Shown here: piece by piece, positions 41,588-55,192 of the stretch
How positions within the stretch are numbered: position 1 is the first letter of the stretch
Layout of the letters: the number at the start of each line of letters is the position of its first letter
Assembly (NCBI GenBank): GCA_964016885.1
Contig: OZ024745.1
Span: 118,172,001-118,236,000, forward strand
Origin: Eledone cirrhosa
Taxonomy: Eukaryota
DNA length: 64,000 nucleotides
Direction of reading: 5' to 3'
Translations under genes and position numbers: made by a program
The notes under the pieces: generated by a model
The model's database searches: none
Told to the model about the DNA's origin: nothing
What the model saw: the letters and a program-made list of their open reading frames with translations, nothing else

Positions 41588-41877
41588 CAGGTATGGGCAA
41601 CCTTTTTCAAGAAGTGGGTCACATGAGATATCGCTCATCATGAGGTGGGCCGCAAGCGCTAATTTACATTCGTGCCAACATTTAAAAAAAAGGGTGGTAA
41701 CTCAGGTTGTTTAGATTTGTTTCTTCAGAATTCGTACACATTTTCCTCGGTTGTAAAAATGATAGAAAGATAAATTACGACTGAAAAGTTGGAGTAAAAG
41801 AAATCAGAAAGATTTCACTTAGAAGACTTAGGGGAGCCATTCAGAAAGCTTCACAGACCGCAGGTTGCCCATGATTG
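41588..41877. mobile_element. hAT-type MITE
   Basis: TIRs caggtatgggcaacct / aggttgcccatgattg; 8-bp TSD ttgtaaat / ctgtaaat. Confidence 0.75.
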
Positions 41878-42177
41878 CTGTAAATAATTGTTAATCTTGT
41901 TTAACCCTAGGTCATCACTCACTGAGTAAATCTATAGTCAAAAGCAATTACAGCTAAGACCATCTTTGTTTTGGTTTCTTTCTACACATGTGTCTATGTG
42001 TTCTTTTTTTAACTGTCTTGCTTTATATGTTCATGGGTGAAGGTTGAACCAAAATTCTGGCTTGATACGGCCGGTTTAAATGCTGAAGGGTTAAATCTTT
42101 CCATGCCCTTCATCTTTCTAAGAGTTGGTATGTTGAATTACCACAAGAGTTCAGTTGTTTATTTAATCAACTGTATG

Positions 42178-42544
42178 GAGGCACATGGCTTAGTGCTTAG
42201 CGCATTGGCCTTGCAATCAAAAGGTTGTGAGTTTAATTCTCAGACCGGGTGTGGTGTTGTTTCCTTGAGCAAGACACTTTATTTCACATTGTTCCAGTTT
42301 ACTCAGCTGTAGAAATGAGATGATAGGACTGGGTTCCCAATCATTCCACTGCAAAGTGGTTGTGAAGGTGCCACGGCAAAAAAGCACCCAGCCCACACTG
42401 TAAAGTGGACGTGTAGGGGCCACGGAAAAAAAAGCACCCAGCACTCTCTGTAAATGAGGTTGGTGTTAGGAAGGGCATCCAGCTGTAGAAATCAAACCAG
42501 AATCAGTTCCCGTCCCACCCTTGCAAGCAGAGAAAAGCGGACGT

Positions 42545-42576
<32 letters not shown>
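42178..42576 (+). mobile_element. Full-length SINE family B
   Basis: tRNA-like head, tccttgagcaagacactttatttcac core, internal about 40-bp subrepeats, (gat)n tail. Confidence 0.9.
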
Positions 42577-42839
42577 CTTTCCTACAAATCTAGTTGCCTT
42601 GTGCTTGTGTTAGAAATATTATTAATAGTTCAATATGGTTAGCAAATGATTTTCTCAATTTGTTATAAACCCTAATGCTAATTCAACTCTGATATCCCTT
42701 CAAGCTCAACTGAAAGCCTCATCCAACTGTTAAATCAAGCTAATAGACATGTAATGGCATTCACTAAGTGAAATATCTCCAGCAATCTTTATGTTTGATA
42801 GACTTGCAAGTAATAACTCTATCAAATGTATGTTGCTAT

Positions 42840-44801
42840 GTGTGTGTGTGTGTGTGTCAATGTGTGCATGTGTGCATGTGTGTGTCTGTGTGTCAATGTG
42901 TGCATGTGTCGGTGTGTGTCAATGTGTGCATGTGTCGGTGTGTGTCAATGTGTGTGTGTCTGTGTGTCAATGTGTGCATGTGTCGGTGTGTGTGTCTGTG
43001 TGTCAATGTGTGCATGTGTCGGTGTGTGTGTCTGTGTGTCAATGTGTGCATGTGTCGGTGTGTGTGTGTGTGTCAATGTGTGCATATGTCGGTGTGTGTC
43101 AATGTGTGCATGTGTCGGTGTGTGTCAATGTGTGCATGTGTTGGTGTGTGTCAATGTGTGCATGTGTCGGTGTGTGTCAATGTGTGCATGTGTCGGTGTG
43201 TGTGTCAATGTGTGCATATGTCGGTGTGTGTCAATGTGTGCATGTGTCGGTGTGTGCATGTGTTGGTGTATGTCAATGTGTGCATGTGTCGGTGTGTGTC
43301 AATGTGTGCATGTGTCGGTGTGTGTCAATGTGTGCATGTGTCAGTGTGTGTCAATGTGTGCATGTGTTGGTGTGTGTCAATGTGTGCATGTGTTGGTGTG
43401 TGTCAATGTGTGCATATGTCGGTGTGTGTCAATGTGTGCATGTGTTGGTGTGTGTCAATGTGTGCATGTGTTGGTGTGTGTCAATGTGTGCATGTGTCGG
43501 TGTGTGTGTCAATGTGTGCATGTGTCGGTGTGTGTCAATGTGTGCATGTGTCGGTGTGTGTCAATGTGTGCATGTGTTGGTGTGTGTCAATGTGTGCATG
43601 TGTCGGTGTGTGTCAATGTGTGCATGTGTTGGTGTGTGTCAATGTGTGCATGTGTCGGTGTGTGTCAATGTGTGCATGTGTCGGTGTGTGTCAATGTGTG
43701 CATGAGTCGGTGTGTGTCAATGTGTGCATGTGTCGGTGTGTGTCAATGTGTGCATGTGTCGGTGTGTGTCAATGTGTGCATGTGTTGGTGTGTGTCAATG
43801 TGTGCATGTGTTGGTGTGTGTCAATGTGTGCATGTGTTGGTGTGTGTCAATGTGTGCATGAGTCGGTGTGTGTCAATGTGTGCATGTGTCGGTGTGTGTC
43901 AATGTGTGCATGTGTCGGTGTGTGTCAATGTGTGCATGTGTCGGTGTGTGTCAATGTGTGCATGTGTCGGTGTGTGTCAATGTGTGCATGTGTCGGTGTG
44001 TGTCAATGTGTGCATGTGTCGGTGTGTGCATGTGTCGGTGTGTGTCAATGTGTGCATGTGTTGGTGTGTGTCAATGTGTGCATGTGTTGGTGTGTGTGTG
44101 TCTGTTGGTGTATATGTCAGTCTGTCTGTCTGTATGTGTGTCTATCTGTGCGTGTGTGTTGGTGTATATGTGTGTGTGTGTCTGTCTGTCTGTATGTGTG
44201 TCTATCTGTGCGTGTGTGTTGGTGTGTGTGTGTCTGTCTGTCTGTATGTATGTGTGTCTATCTGTGTGTGTGTGTTGGTGTATATGTGTGTGTGTGTCTG
44301 TCTATCTGTGCGTGTGTGTTGGTGTATATGTGTGTGTGTGTCTGTCTGTCTGTATGTGTGTCTATCTGTGTGTGTGTATGTGTTGGTGTATATGTGTGTG
44401 TGTGTCTGTCTGTATGTGTGTGTGTCTATCTGTGTGTGTGTGTTGGTGTATATATGTGTATATGTGTGTGTCTGTCTGCTGTATGTGTGTCTATCTGTGC
44501 GTGTGTGTTGGTGTCTATCTGTGTGTGTGTGTGTTGGTGTCTATCTGTGTGTGTGTGTGTTGGTGTCTATCTGTGTGTGTGTGTGTTGGTGTCTATCTGT
44601 GTGTGTGTGTGTTGGTGTCTATCTGTGTGTGTGTGTTGGTGTCTATCTGTGTGTGTGTGTTGGTGTCTATCTGTGTGTGTGTGTTGGTGTCTATCTGTGT
44701 GTGTGTGTTGGTGTCTATCTGTGTGTGTGTGTTGGTGTCTATCTGTGTGTGTGTTGGTGTCTATCTGTGTGTGTGTGTGTGTGTGTGTGTGTTGGTGTCT
44801 A

Positions 44802-44843
<42 letters not shown>

Positions 44844-44851
44844 GGTGTCTA

Positions 44852-44895
<44 letters not shown>
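42840..44895. repeat. GT-derived satellite array (26-bp unit grading into a second unit)
   Basis: gtgtgtcaatgtgtgcatgtgt(c/t)ggt units to about 44090, then gtgtctatct(gt)nttg units. Confidence 0.97.
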
Positions 44896-44898
<3 letters not shown>

Positions 44899-45199
44899 AC
44901 AGTTAGATTTATCCATGCAGTGTGTTACCAGTGATTTTGTTAGCTACAACCAAATATGTGTAACTGTTCAGTTGTGTTGTGGAGATATGACTACAGTGTG
45001 GGTTATAAGGGGCCTCCACTGGCTGGTGGAGGCCCCGGGGGGAATGTTAAATGATTAGCAACAACAGTTTTCAATTATTGACCAGAGAAGAAGTCTAGTA
45101 GAAGGATAGAGTCAATGGTGATATAGCAACATCCTGCAGCTGTCAGTTGTCTGGCAGCTCTTTGTGTATCTAATGTTGGTACCATTATTGTGGATTAAC

Positions 45200-45632
45200 A
45201 GTAGATTGCCAGTATCGGTAGAGCGTCAGACACCATGCTTTGCAGCATAGAGTTATGGCCCTTTATGTTCTGAGTTCAAATCCCACCGAGGTCAGCTTTG
45301 CATTTCATCGTTACGGGGGTCGATAAAATAAAGTACCAGCAATGCACTAAGGTAATTGCTGGCCTTTTGCCAAAAGTAGAAACAATTATTATTATCCAGT
45401 ATCGATAGAGTGTCGGACACCATGCTTTGTGGCATAGAGTTACGGCCCTTTACGTTCTGAGTTCAAATCCTGCCGAGGTTATCTTTGCCTTTCATCTTTA
45501 CGGGGTCGATAAAATAAAGTACCAGTAATGCACTGGGGGTCGATTTGATAGACTTTCGCTTTCGCCAAAATAAAGTACCGGCAATGCACTGAGGTAATTG
45601 CTGGCCTTGTGCCTAAAGTAGAAACAATTATT
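45200..45632 (+). mobile_element. Two tandem SINE family A copies
   Basis: Heads at about 45203 and 45397, each with core and gtagaaacaattatt tail. Confidence 0.88.
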
Positions 45633-45946
45633 GGGTATATACCCTTTCAAGGATCAGAGCTGCCTATCCATCAGATGCATATGGATTAGCTTTTGAAGAA
45701 TATATAGGGGGCCAAAGCTTGAAATTATTGATGTAATATCACTCATCCAATAAATGCAAACCATGGCTAGTTGCAAGACATGCAGCTTCTGGTGAAGACA
45801 AAATTGACAATTGAGAGCTCTGGGAGAATAATGACGGTGCCTTGTCAATGATTCTCCTTCTAATGATAGAATTATTGGATGTTAGGTCATGGAGTCCCAA
45901 GGGATCCATTTACACAAATACGTGGTAACTGTGGTGCAATTGTAAA

Positions 45947-45979
<33 letters not shown>

Positions 45980-46759
45980 GACACACACACACATATATAT
46001 TTATATGTATATTTTTTGTTGAATCAGCAGAGAATAAGTTGATCAATACTGAAATCAGGTCCATAACTTCCTTAGATGACCTTCAGCTAATCATCTGCGA
46101 AATGGGTGTAACAGGTCAATACTCAATAAAAACATAAATACATGTAAAAGAAACTTCATATATATATATATATTTAGTTATGTAATAAACAACATAAGAT
46201 AATTATTTCATTTACCAGTGGTTTCTTGAAGACAGATATTTATGTCTGTCTTCATTCATAGAGAAAAAAATTTATTTATGAAATAGTAATATGGATTTGA
46301 AAACAGAGTATAGGATAAATGAAAGTGAGGCTGAAATAAAATAACAGGCAAAAATTGAAGGGGAAAAAAATTAATAAATAAATATCCAAATGCATAAACA
46401 CACACATATACAAACTCACTCATATATGTAATAGTACGTAAACATATACATTCACATATAAGTATATGTGTGTCTGCGTGGAAATACAAATACACACATA
46501 TACATGTGATCTTTCACTCACATATGCGCAACAACACATTGGGAAGTAGTTGGGGGACCAGATATAAATATATAAAATCAAAAATCAAAAAATAAAGGAT
46601 AGGAAATAAAATGAAAGCATAAAGGGGTGGGTTGACAACGAAAGGTGGGGAGGGGGGGAATTAATAAATATATATATTTACATATATATATATATATACA
46701 TGTATATATACACACACACAAACGTATACATGCATACACACACACTCACAATATATATA

Positions 46760-47516
46760 TCTGTTTATATATAAAATTAAGTATGTGTGTCTGTGTAATA
46801 CCTATAGGGGCCTACATCTTACGACCGGTTTTGATGAAACTTTACAGGCTCATAGATTAGTCATCAAGGAGTGTTTTCTATGTATCAGCGTATCGTTTTT
46901 TTATTCCGGGGTCATTCTGCAGATAAAAATTGATAGGGGGGGGGGGGGTCACCTTTTTTTAGGTATCGAAAAATAGTATTTTTGGCTCTAGCTCCCACAT
47001 TTTGCCACCGATTTCGCTCAAATTTTAAAGCAAAATAGAATTTATCATTGCACATCCTATAATGGCTTTATCTTTTGCCTTTGTTGTTCAGGAACGGCGT
47101 GGCAGCTGCTTAAATATTCAAAAATACAACTTTTAGACTCAAATTTTCGTCTTTTCGGCTCTAGCTCCCACATTTTTTCAACCGATTTCATTGAAATTCT
47201 AAACTTCGGCTCCACCTCACACATAAATCAATTTATTTGGTTCAACTTTTATACTACGATAGAACCTATCATTGCACATCTTATAGTAGCTTTGCACTTT
47301 GCATTTTTTGTTCAGGGACGGCGTGGCAGCCGTTTAACTCTTCATAATACGATTTTTTCCACCTCCCACATATTCCATACGATTTCACTCAACATTTCGC
47401 CATTTGCTACACCTTACGACTGATTTTCAAGAAACTCGCAGTCGCTAAGATCAACACCTTTTCATCAAAGCAGATATTATTTTACCTACCCAGGCAACGC
47501 TGGGTACTGCTGCTAG
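46760..47516 (+). mobile_element. Non-autonomous Helitron
   Basis: A|TC 5' end (tctgtttatatataaaa), subterminal hairpin cccag-gcaacg-ctggg, CTAG|T 3' end, no TSD; absent from the other arm of the inverted duplication. Confidence 0.85.
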
Positions 47517-47537
47517 TATATATATATATATACACAT

Positions 47538-47582
<45 letters not shown>

Positions 47583-47593
47583 CATATATATAT

Positions 47594-47644
<51 letters not shown>

Positions 47645-47645
<1 letters not shown>

Positions 47646-47830
47646 CAGGAATTGGGGTAAGAAACCAAATGGACCATAACGCACCAGAGTACTCAATACT
47701 TAGGGTAGTAGAGTGGGAAATAGGAAAAAGTAAGACCCCGACGGCAGAGCTCAAGCTGTTTCGACGGCTATTTGTCAGAAATAGCCGTCGAAACGGCTTG
47801 AGCTCTGCCGTCGGGGTCTTACTTTTTCCT
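47645..47830. mobile_element. Tail-plus-hairpin element in (TA)n
   Basis: About 52-bp stem 47722-47773 / 47779-47830 with a 5-nt loop; tail shared with 25370-25510, 54969-55045 and 56200-56290. Confidence 0.85.
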
Positions 47831-47906
47831 CTATATATATATATACATATGTATATTTATACACATATATATATACACACACATATACCCACATAAGCCT
47901 ATACAC

Positions 47907-47941
<35 letters not shown>

Positions 47942-48084
47942 CAGACACATACACATATATACACACATGTATACACACGTAAAAGTACTCGTAAATATAC
48001 AAAAGCACGCACACACATATATGCATACATACAATATAAGGAAGAGGACATAACACACTTACATACACGTTCACATGCACATAA

Positions 48085-48123
<39 letters not shown>

Positions 48124-48801
48124 TCCATACATACCCACACGTACGTGTACACACATGTATACGCATGCATACATATGTATGTATAGTTATAAACATACTT
48201 AAAACAAACAGTATAAAGGAACTAAGTGAGGAAACACACTCAATTATAAAAATGACATATAAAAATAACAACGTATATATACTTAAAACATGGTGGGTAT
48301 GTAAGGACATGGGGGAGTATAACTAAAATAATATAATATAAAATGAACAGGTGAGGGAGAAAAAGTGTATAAATTAATAGTTGTGGTAGAAAGTAAATGT
48401 TTGTCAATTAATAATTTGGTGTAAGTGGTGTTGGAAGGTGTAGGTATATTTTTGATTGAGTAATCCTTATTATAAACGTCCATGGTGTATGTTGGTTAAT
48501 TTCCTGAAACTGTAGAGTGCTCAACTTGTCGGGCTGGAAGGTGCCAATCATATATGTAATATAGAATATGCTTCGATCATTCCCAGTGGGAGCTGTTTAA
48601 ATGAAGTATTTCCATAACTAAAAAGCTCTCTAGCCTACATAGAGCACTCTCTTTTCCTTTACCTTTCCTACAGAAATACTTCATTTAAACAGCTTCCACT
48701 GGGAACGATCGAAGCATATTCTATATTACATATATGATTGGCATCTTCCAGCCCGACAAGTTGAGCACTCTACAGTTTCAGGAAATTAACCAACATACAC
48801 C

Positions 48802-50850
48802 ATGGACGTTTATAATAAGGATTACTCAATGAAAAATATACCTACACCTTCCAATACCACTTTATTAATTGACAAGATTGAAAAAGTCATACAAAGGATG
48901 AGATGGAAGGCGATGATTTTCGATGGACAATTCTGTGCTGATTCTAATGACAACTTTGATATTAAATCACGCAAATACCCACCTAGAGTTAAGGACATGG
49001 CCAACTTTGAAATAGACCTAGTTAACTTGATTAATGAATTAAAATACCCTAAGTACAGCAACAATTTTCAATCCAAACTCTTTAACGACATTTCTAATTT
49101 TAAACACTCTACAAATACTTTAGTTTTCTCTGACAAAACCAAGAATCTTTATGAAGTCAATAACAATTTGTATAATCAACTGTTAACAGATAGTATCACT
49201 GCTAAATACCAAAAAGCTAACATTAATACTTATAATATCATTAATAATGAAGCTAAAGCCCTAGCTAGTACTTTAAAAATTGATAACCGAACTGAAAGCC
49301 TAGCCAAACGTAAAGCATATATTACCCTTAAAGACCATAAATCAGACTTTACTAATCGACCTAGTTGTAGACTAATTAACCCTGCTAAATCTGAAATTGG
49401 TCTTGTGAGTAAAAAAGTCCTAAGAAATATAATACTTCAAATAAGAACTAAGACTGAATTGTCCCAATGGTTAAATACGCCCTCTGTTTAATAATATACA
49501 AGGAAAAAATAAGTGTAGATTTACCCAATTTGATATTGTTGATTTTTACCCCTCTGTCACAGAATCCTTATTAATTAAAGCCTTAGATTTTGCTAGACTT
49601 TTCATTAATATTTCTAAATTAGAGGAAGATGTTATCTTACACGCTAGGAAAACACTACTTTTCGCTAAAGAAGGTACTTAGATTAAAAAATCAAGCCCAG
49701 AAAACTCTTTTGATGTCTCGATGGGCTCATATGATAGTGCCGATGTGTGCGATTTAGTAGGATTATTCCTCCTCCACACCCTTAAAGAGAAATTTCCTTG
49801 CATAATATTGAGACGATGGTTCGGCAGTTTCTCATACCACCAACGGCCATAACCTTGATAAATTCTGTAAAGACTTAATACCTTTGCTAACTTAAGCCTA
49901 AAAATTACAATAGATACGAATCTTACTAATACCACCTTCCTCGATATCAATCTTGACCTACTTACTGCCTCTTTTAAACCCTATCATAAACCCAATGAAA
50001 ATTTAAGATATATACACAAAGAGTCTTGCCATCCCCCTATAGTCTTTAAAAATCTTATTCCTAACATTAGTCGTAGGATCTCTACCTCATCTTCATCTAT
50101 AGATATTTTTAATAAAGCTTCCCCTTATAATAAGGCCCTCAAAAACAGTGACTTCACCGAACAAATGGAATATTTACCTACTCGTCTTTCTAACACTAAA
50201 CACCTTAACAGGAAAAGAAAAATGATATGGTTTACACCTCCTTTCTCTCTAACAGTTAAAACTAATGTAGGAAGAAAATTCCTCCAACTCCTAGACAAAC
50301 ATTTTCCCCCAAATCATAGATATAATAAGATATTTAATAGAAATTTAGTTTAAATCAGCTACTCTTGCTGCTCATCAATGAAAAACCAAAATCAACAACT
50401 CAAATGTAACTAGAGGAAACCCAGGATGCAGCTGCAGGAAACCTGAAGAATGCCCATTACAGGGCAAATGTAATACCAAATCTATTGTATATGAGGCCAA
50501 CTTGACACCGATTATAAATAACCAGCTAGCCAGAAGTGAGCGATATGTTGGCATGACACAGGACAAATTTAAAACCAGGTATTATGCACACGTCGCTTCA
50601 TTCAAACACCCTGAAAAAAGATCATCAATGGCACTGGCAGATAAAGTGTGGGAGTTTAAAGACAGAAATATTCCATACTCTATTGATTGGGGCACAAAGA
50701 AATGTTCTTTGTGTATAACGGAAAAATTGTGTATAACGGAAAAATCTGAAAACCCCTCCCACTTGCCTCAACTCTAAGACTGAGATCTTCAGAAGTTGTC
50801 CGCACCTGAAATCGCATCTCCTTTTTAGCTGGATTAATAAACCAATGATC
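48802..50850 (+). pseudogene. Disrupted PLE RT-GIY-YIG polyprotein
   Basis: YSMKNIPTP..RMRWKA N-terminus; CRLINPAKSEIG; QFDIVDFYPS; MGSYDSADVCDLVGL; Y*DDG; FLDINLDL; CSCRKPEECPLQGKC; SIVYEA...YVGMT..FKTRY..H (GIY-YIG); CSLC; several stops and frameshifts. Confidence 0.9.
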
Positions 50851-51536
50851 ACTCAACCACCCTGGGCTTCCTCTTTACATATTAACCCTTCCACTCACTA
50901 CCAATATCATCACTTTACGAACACCACACCTTACCCAGTTCATCATATAAACACACACTTTCTACCAATATATACATTTTTCTCCCTCATGTTTATTTAT
51001 TTATTTCATTTTATTTATACTCCGCCAACCCACTTTTTTCTGCCATACTTTTAACACATCCACACCCACCACCTTCATTCTGTCCACCTATTATAACCCT
51101 CCACCTTTTACCCAGATCACTTTAAAAACACATACCATTGTCCGGATCTATTTATAAACATTTACTTTCTACCACAACTATTAATTTATACACTTTTTCT
51201 CCCTCACTCATTTTATATTATATTATTTTAGTTATACTCCCCCATGTCCTTACATACCCACCATGTTTTAAGTATATATACGTTTTTATTTTTATATGTC
51301 ATTTTTATAATTGAGTGTTTCCTCACTTAGTTCCTTTATACTGTTTGTTTTAAGTATGTCTATAACTATACATACATATGTATGCATGCGTATACATGTG
51401 TGTACACGTATGTGTGGGTATGTATGGATGTACACACACATATATATATATATACTTATGTGCATGTGAACATGTCTATATGTGTGTGTATGTACGTGTG
51501 TTATGTCCTCTTCCTTATATTGTATGTATGCATATA

Positions 51537-52426
51537 CAGAGTGTGGACGATATTTGTTCGCAATTTTCAACTGCTAATTTAATGCAAATTTTTTTAAATT
51601 CCGTTGTCACTCTTGTCTTCATAAAAACAGTGACTATATTTCCATTATTTATTTTCAGAATAATTGATTATGAATAATTTTGAACCTCCAAATTTGTGGA
51701 AGAGACACGGAGTTCTTGCAATCCGCGCCAGGAGGACAAATAAGACCAGAAGATCAACTCCCAGAACAACAGGTGGCTCGCTGTCTTATTCAAAGACGTG
51801 CCCAGAGTCATGCAGACAAAGTTTCCAGCGATAACATTGGTCTTAGGTGTCGTCAGCAGTCAAGGTGGCGTCATGCCACCTCACTTCTTCCCTGAGGGCC
51901 TCAAGCTGAACACCGATGGCTACATCCGTGTTCTGAGCGAGGTAGTAAAGCCTTAGATCGACCAGGTAGCTGCAGGTAGGCCGTACGTGTGGCAGCAAGA
52001 CTCAGTGCCCTGCCATACCAGCCGAAAGACCCAAGCCTGGCTGTCAGAGAACTTCGTCGACCACACTTCACCTGACATCTGGCCTCCCAACTCGCCTGAC
52101 TGCAACCCCCTCAACTTCTTTGTGTGGGGTGCAGTGGAACGAGACACCAACAGATCTAGCTGCAATACGAAAGACGATCTGAAGGCCAGGATCACAAGTG
52201 CCTTTAGGGGCCTAAGTCGGGGGACAGTGACAAAGGCCTGTAGCCGGTTCCGAGGCCGCCTTGAGGCCGTCATCAAAGCCAATGGCAGGGTTTATCAAGT
52301 GAGATCGAAAGAACAAGTCATGAAGACAAACTGACCCAAGTTTGATAAATATATCTTAAAAAGTAAAACTACTGTGTTAATTTTTCCTAGACAGTAATCT
52401 TGCGAACAAATATCGTCCGCACCCTG
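51537..52426 (+). mobile_element. Tc1/mariner superfamily, maT (DD37D)-type deletion derivative
   Basis: 27-bp TIRs cag(a/g)gtg(t/c)ggacgatatttgttcgcaa with TA TSD; QQDSVPCH...WPPNSPDCNPLN has 37 residues between the 2nd D and the 3rd catalytic position (here N). Confidence 0.92.
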
Positions 52427-52486
52427 TATGTGTGTGCGTGTTTTTGTATATTTACGAGTACTTTTACGTGTGTATACATGTGTATG

Positions 52487-52531
<45 letters not shown>

Positions 52532-53320
52532 GTATATAGGCTGGTGTGGGTATATGTGTGTGTATATATATGTGTGTATATATATATGTGTGTGTATATA
52601 TATATATATATATATTGAGTGTGTGTATGCATGTATACGTTTATGTGTGTGTGTATATATATGTATGTTTGTGCATATATATGTATATATATATATATGT
52701 GTGTAAATATATATATTTATTAATTTCCCCCCCAACCTTTCGTTGTCAACCCACCCCTTTATGCTTTCATTTGATTTCCTATCCTTTATTTTTTGATTTT
52801 TGATTTTATTTATTTATATCTGGTCCCCCAACTACTTCCCAATGTGTTGTTGCGCATATGTGAGTGAAAGATCACACGTATATGTGTGTATTTGTATTTC
52901 CACGCAGACACACATATACTTATATGTGAATGTATATGTTTACGTACTATTACGTATATGAGTGAGTTTGTGTATGTGTGTGTTTATGCATTTGGATATT
53001 TATTTATTAATTCCCCCCCCCCCCCATCAATTTTTGCCCGTTATTTTATTTCAGCCTCACTTTCATTTATCCTATACTCTGTTTTCAAATCCATATTACT
53101 ATTTCATAAATAAATTTTTTTCTCTATGAATGAAGACAGACATAAATATCAGTCTTCAAGAAACCACTGGTAAATGAAATAATTATCTTATGTTGTTTCT
53201 TACATAACTAAAAAGCTTTGTAGCCTATATAAAGCACTCTCTTTTCCTTTACCTTTCCTACGGAAATACTTCATATATATATATATATATATACATACAT
53301 ACAGAGAGAAAGAGAGAGAA

Positions 53321-53624
53321 GAAAACAGAAAAGGGAATGTTTTCAATTACGAGGTTAGAGAACCACTATAGCGAAAATCAGTTATGTAAAGTTTCTTCTT
53401 TTCTGTTGAGATGCCCTGACAAAGTATGGTATTGACACTTTTTATGGCGAAACATTCTCATTTTAGCGTTTGTCCAGGTGTTTTATAGTTATAAAGGCTG
53501 GTCTGTACATTTTGATTTACTCTTTTAATTAATATGTATTTTCCACTCGTTTCGTAGGCTTTATGATTTTCACTCTAGTGGTTCTCAACCCCTTGTAATT
53601 GAAAACATTCCCTTTTGTGTTTTC
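53321..53624. repeat. Inverted repeat, about 60-bp arms
   Basis: gaaaacagaaaagggaatgttttcaattac... 53321-53380 / 53564-53624. Confidence 0.8.
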
Positions 53625-54331
53625 CCCTCTATATACTGTGTCATGAAGAGCCCGGTACTTGTCCCTAAAGCTCATTAAATTACAGGGGATTAACACAAGT
53701 ATTTATATATATATATATATATATACTTCATTTTTAATAAGTTTTGCAAGATTTCTTATCTGAAAACAGATGTTATACTTTAGGGGGGGTCATATTGTTA
53801 TTTGGGAGGGTCATCCTGCCAATAAAAACACACTCACTCGGGTGAACCTACAGTAACTGGATGTTACAATCCCTATATATATATATATATATGTATACAC
53901 ACATGCACATGCTTATATATTGATATACACATGCACATGCTTTTGTATTTAATCCCATTGTCAACAACCAATAGGCTGCTATCTATCAGTAACTTTCTTC
54001 CTCTACTTCCTCCTTCCCTTTCATCCTCCTTTCCTAGTTCTCTTATATTCATTCAACCTATCATGTTGCCAAAAAATGAGTGGAAACAACATCTGGTAGA
54101 GAGGACTGTTCAGTTTTGCTGCAGATAGGTAATGCTGGTGTCACAATAAAATTACCACCCAGTGCATTCTGTAAAATTGTTGATGTTATAAAGCGGAAGA
54201 AACCATGCTAAAAATGGAATGTACAGACCCTAAGTGGGCAATAACTCCAAATAGTAACTGTCTTGGAAAGGGTAACATGTTCCATGCCAGCATAGAAAAG
54301 TGGATGGAAAATAATGATGATGATATATATA

Positions 54332-54677
54332 TATAGAATTCACATGAATCAAAGTTCTGTTCAAACCATTTATTAGCTTACAATTGTTTCATCCAAACCG
54401 AGGTTTGGAGTCTTCGGAGCATTTTTCAATGTTTGTTTACATACATGACCTCCTTTCCAACACAAGAGACATACAGATACATATGTATATATTGATGCAC
54501 AGTGGGGTGACATCCATTATATTATTTCTGAATGGCAATTTAAATTCAAAAATTAAAATCATATTAAAACAGAATCAAAGCAAAATTAAAATTAAAATAC
54601 AATATAGGCAGTTAATGAAACAATTGTAAATTAATAAATGGTTTGAACATAGCTTTGATTCCTGTGAATTCTATATA
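54332..54677. repeat. Fold-back element, about 62-bp arms, in (TA)n
   Basis: 54332-54392 / 54615-54677; arm contains GAAACAATTGTA..AATAAA (hammerhead stem III-like). Confidence 0.8.
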
Positions 54678-54934
54678 ACTGCTCTGTAGAACAACTGGTG
54701 TTATTACATTGAGCTATTTATCTTACTGGTAATAAGGTAGTAATAAATTAGTCTTTCACTGTTTAAGGTTTAAAATATATATAACTATAAAAAGTTTTAG
54801 TATATACATAACCATAAATAGTATCCTTAATACTATATATATATATATATATATATATACATGCTTAAATTTGTTGTTTGCAGAAATAAAAATTTGAGGG
54901 AATACAACCTGTCCAGACTCCTGCCATTTTACCC

Positions 54935-54968
<34 letters not shown>

Positions 54969-54972
<4 letters not shown>

Positions 54973-55172
54973 ATGGAAGCAGTAAAAATCAGTTAGACCA
55001 TTACTCACCAGAGTATTTGATACTTGGGGTAGTAGAGTGGGTAATATGAAAATATTTAGGACCCTAACGGCTGAGCTCCTGCCGTTTCAACAGCTAGATC
55101 CGAACTGCAGGTTCAGATCTAGCTGTTGAAATGGCAGGAGCTCAGCCGTCGGGGTAACAAATTCTTTCATAT
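54969..55172. mobile_element. Tail-plus-hairpin element in (TA)n
   Basis: Stem about 55044-55105 / 55111-55172; diverged relative of 47645-47830. Confidence 0.8.
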
Positions 55173-55192
55173 ATATATATATATATATATAT

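Larger units (their letters stand above)
46173..48612 (-). mobile_element. Inverted, internally deleted copy of the adjacent Naiad-type PLE (with later insertions)
   Basis: Reverse complement of 48673-48870 joined to about 51155-53212; paired ORFs 46256(-)/52886(+) and 48283(-)/48802(+). Confidence 0.9.
48613..53273 (+). mobile_element. Penelope-like element, Naiad-type (RT + C-terminal GIY-YIG)
   Basis: Terminal direct repeat 48613-48683 / 53203-53273 ending in (TA)n; decayed ORF described in the next feature. Confidence 0.9.

Noticed and set aside
42768-44934. 700-aa Cys/Val-rich ORFs resembling metallothionein- or keratin-like proteins
   Set aside because: GT-satellite open in all three plus frames; no splice or codon evidence.
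45739-45909. Minus-strand 56-codon ORF MDPLGLHDLTSNN... as candidate first exon
   Set aside because: No convincing phase-0 donor before the stop and no recognisable homology; left unassigned.
49806-49820. In-frame TGA in the Naiad-type ORF as possible selenocysteine (some Naiads encode Sec)
   Set aside because: TGA sits at the Arg of YRDD (CGA>TGA CpG decay); the conserved Cys codons I read are TGY, and the ORF has other stops and frameshifts.
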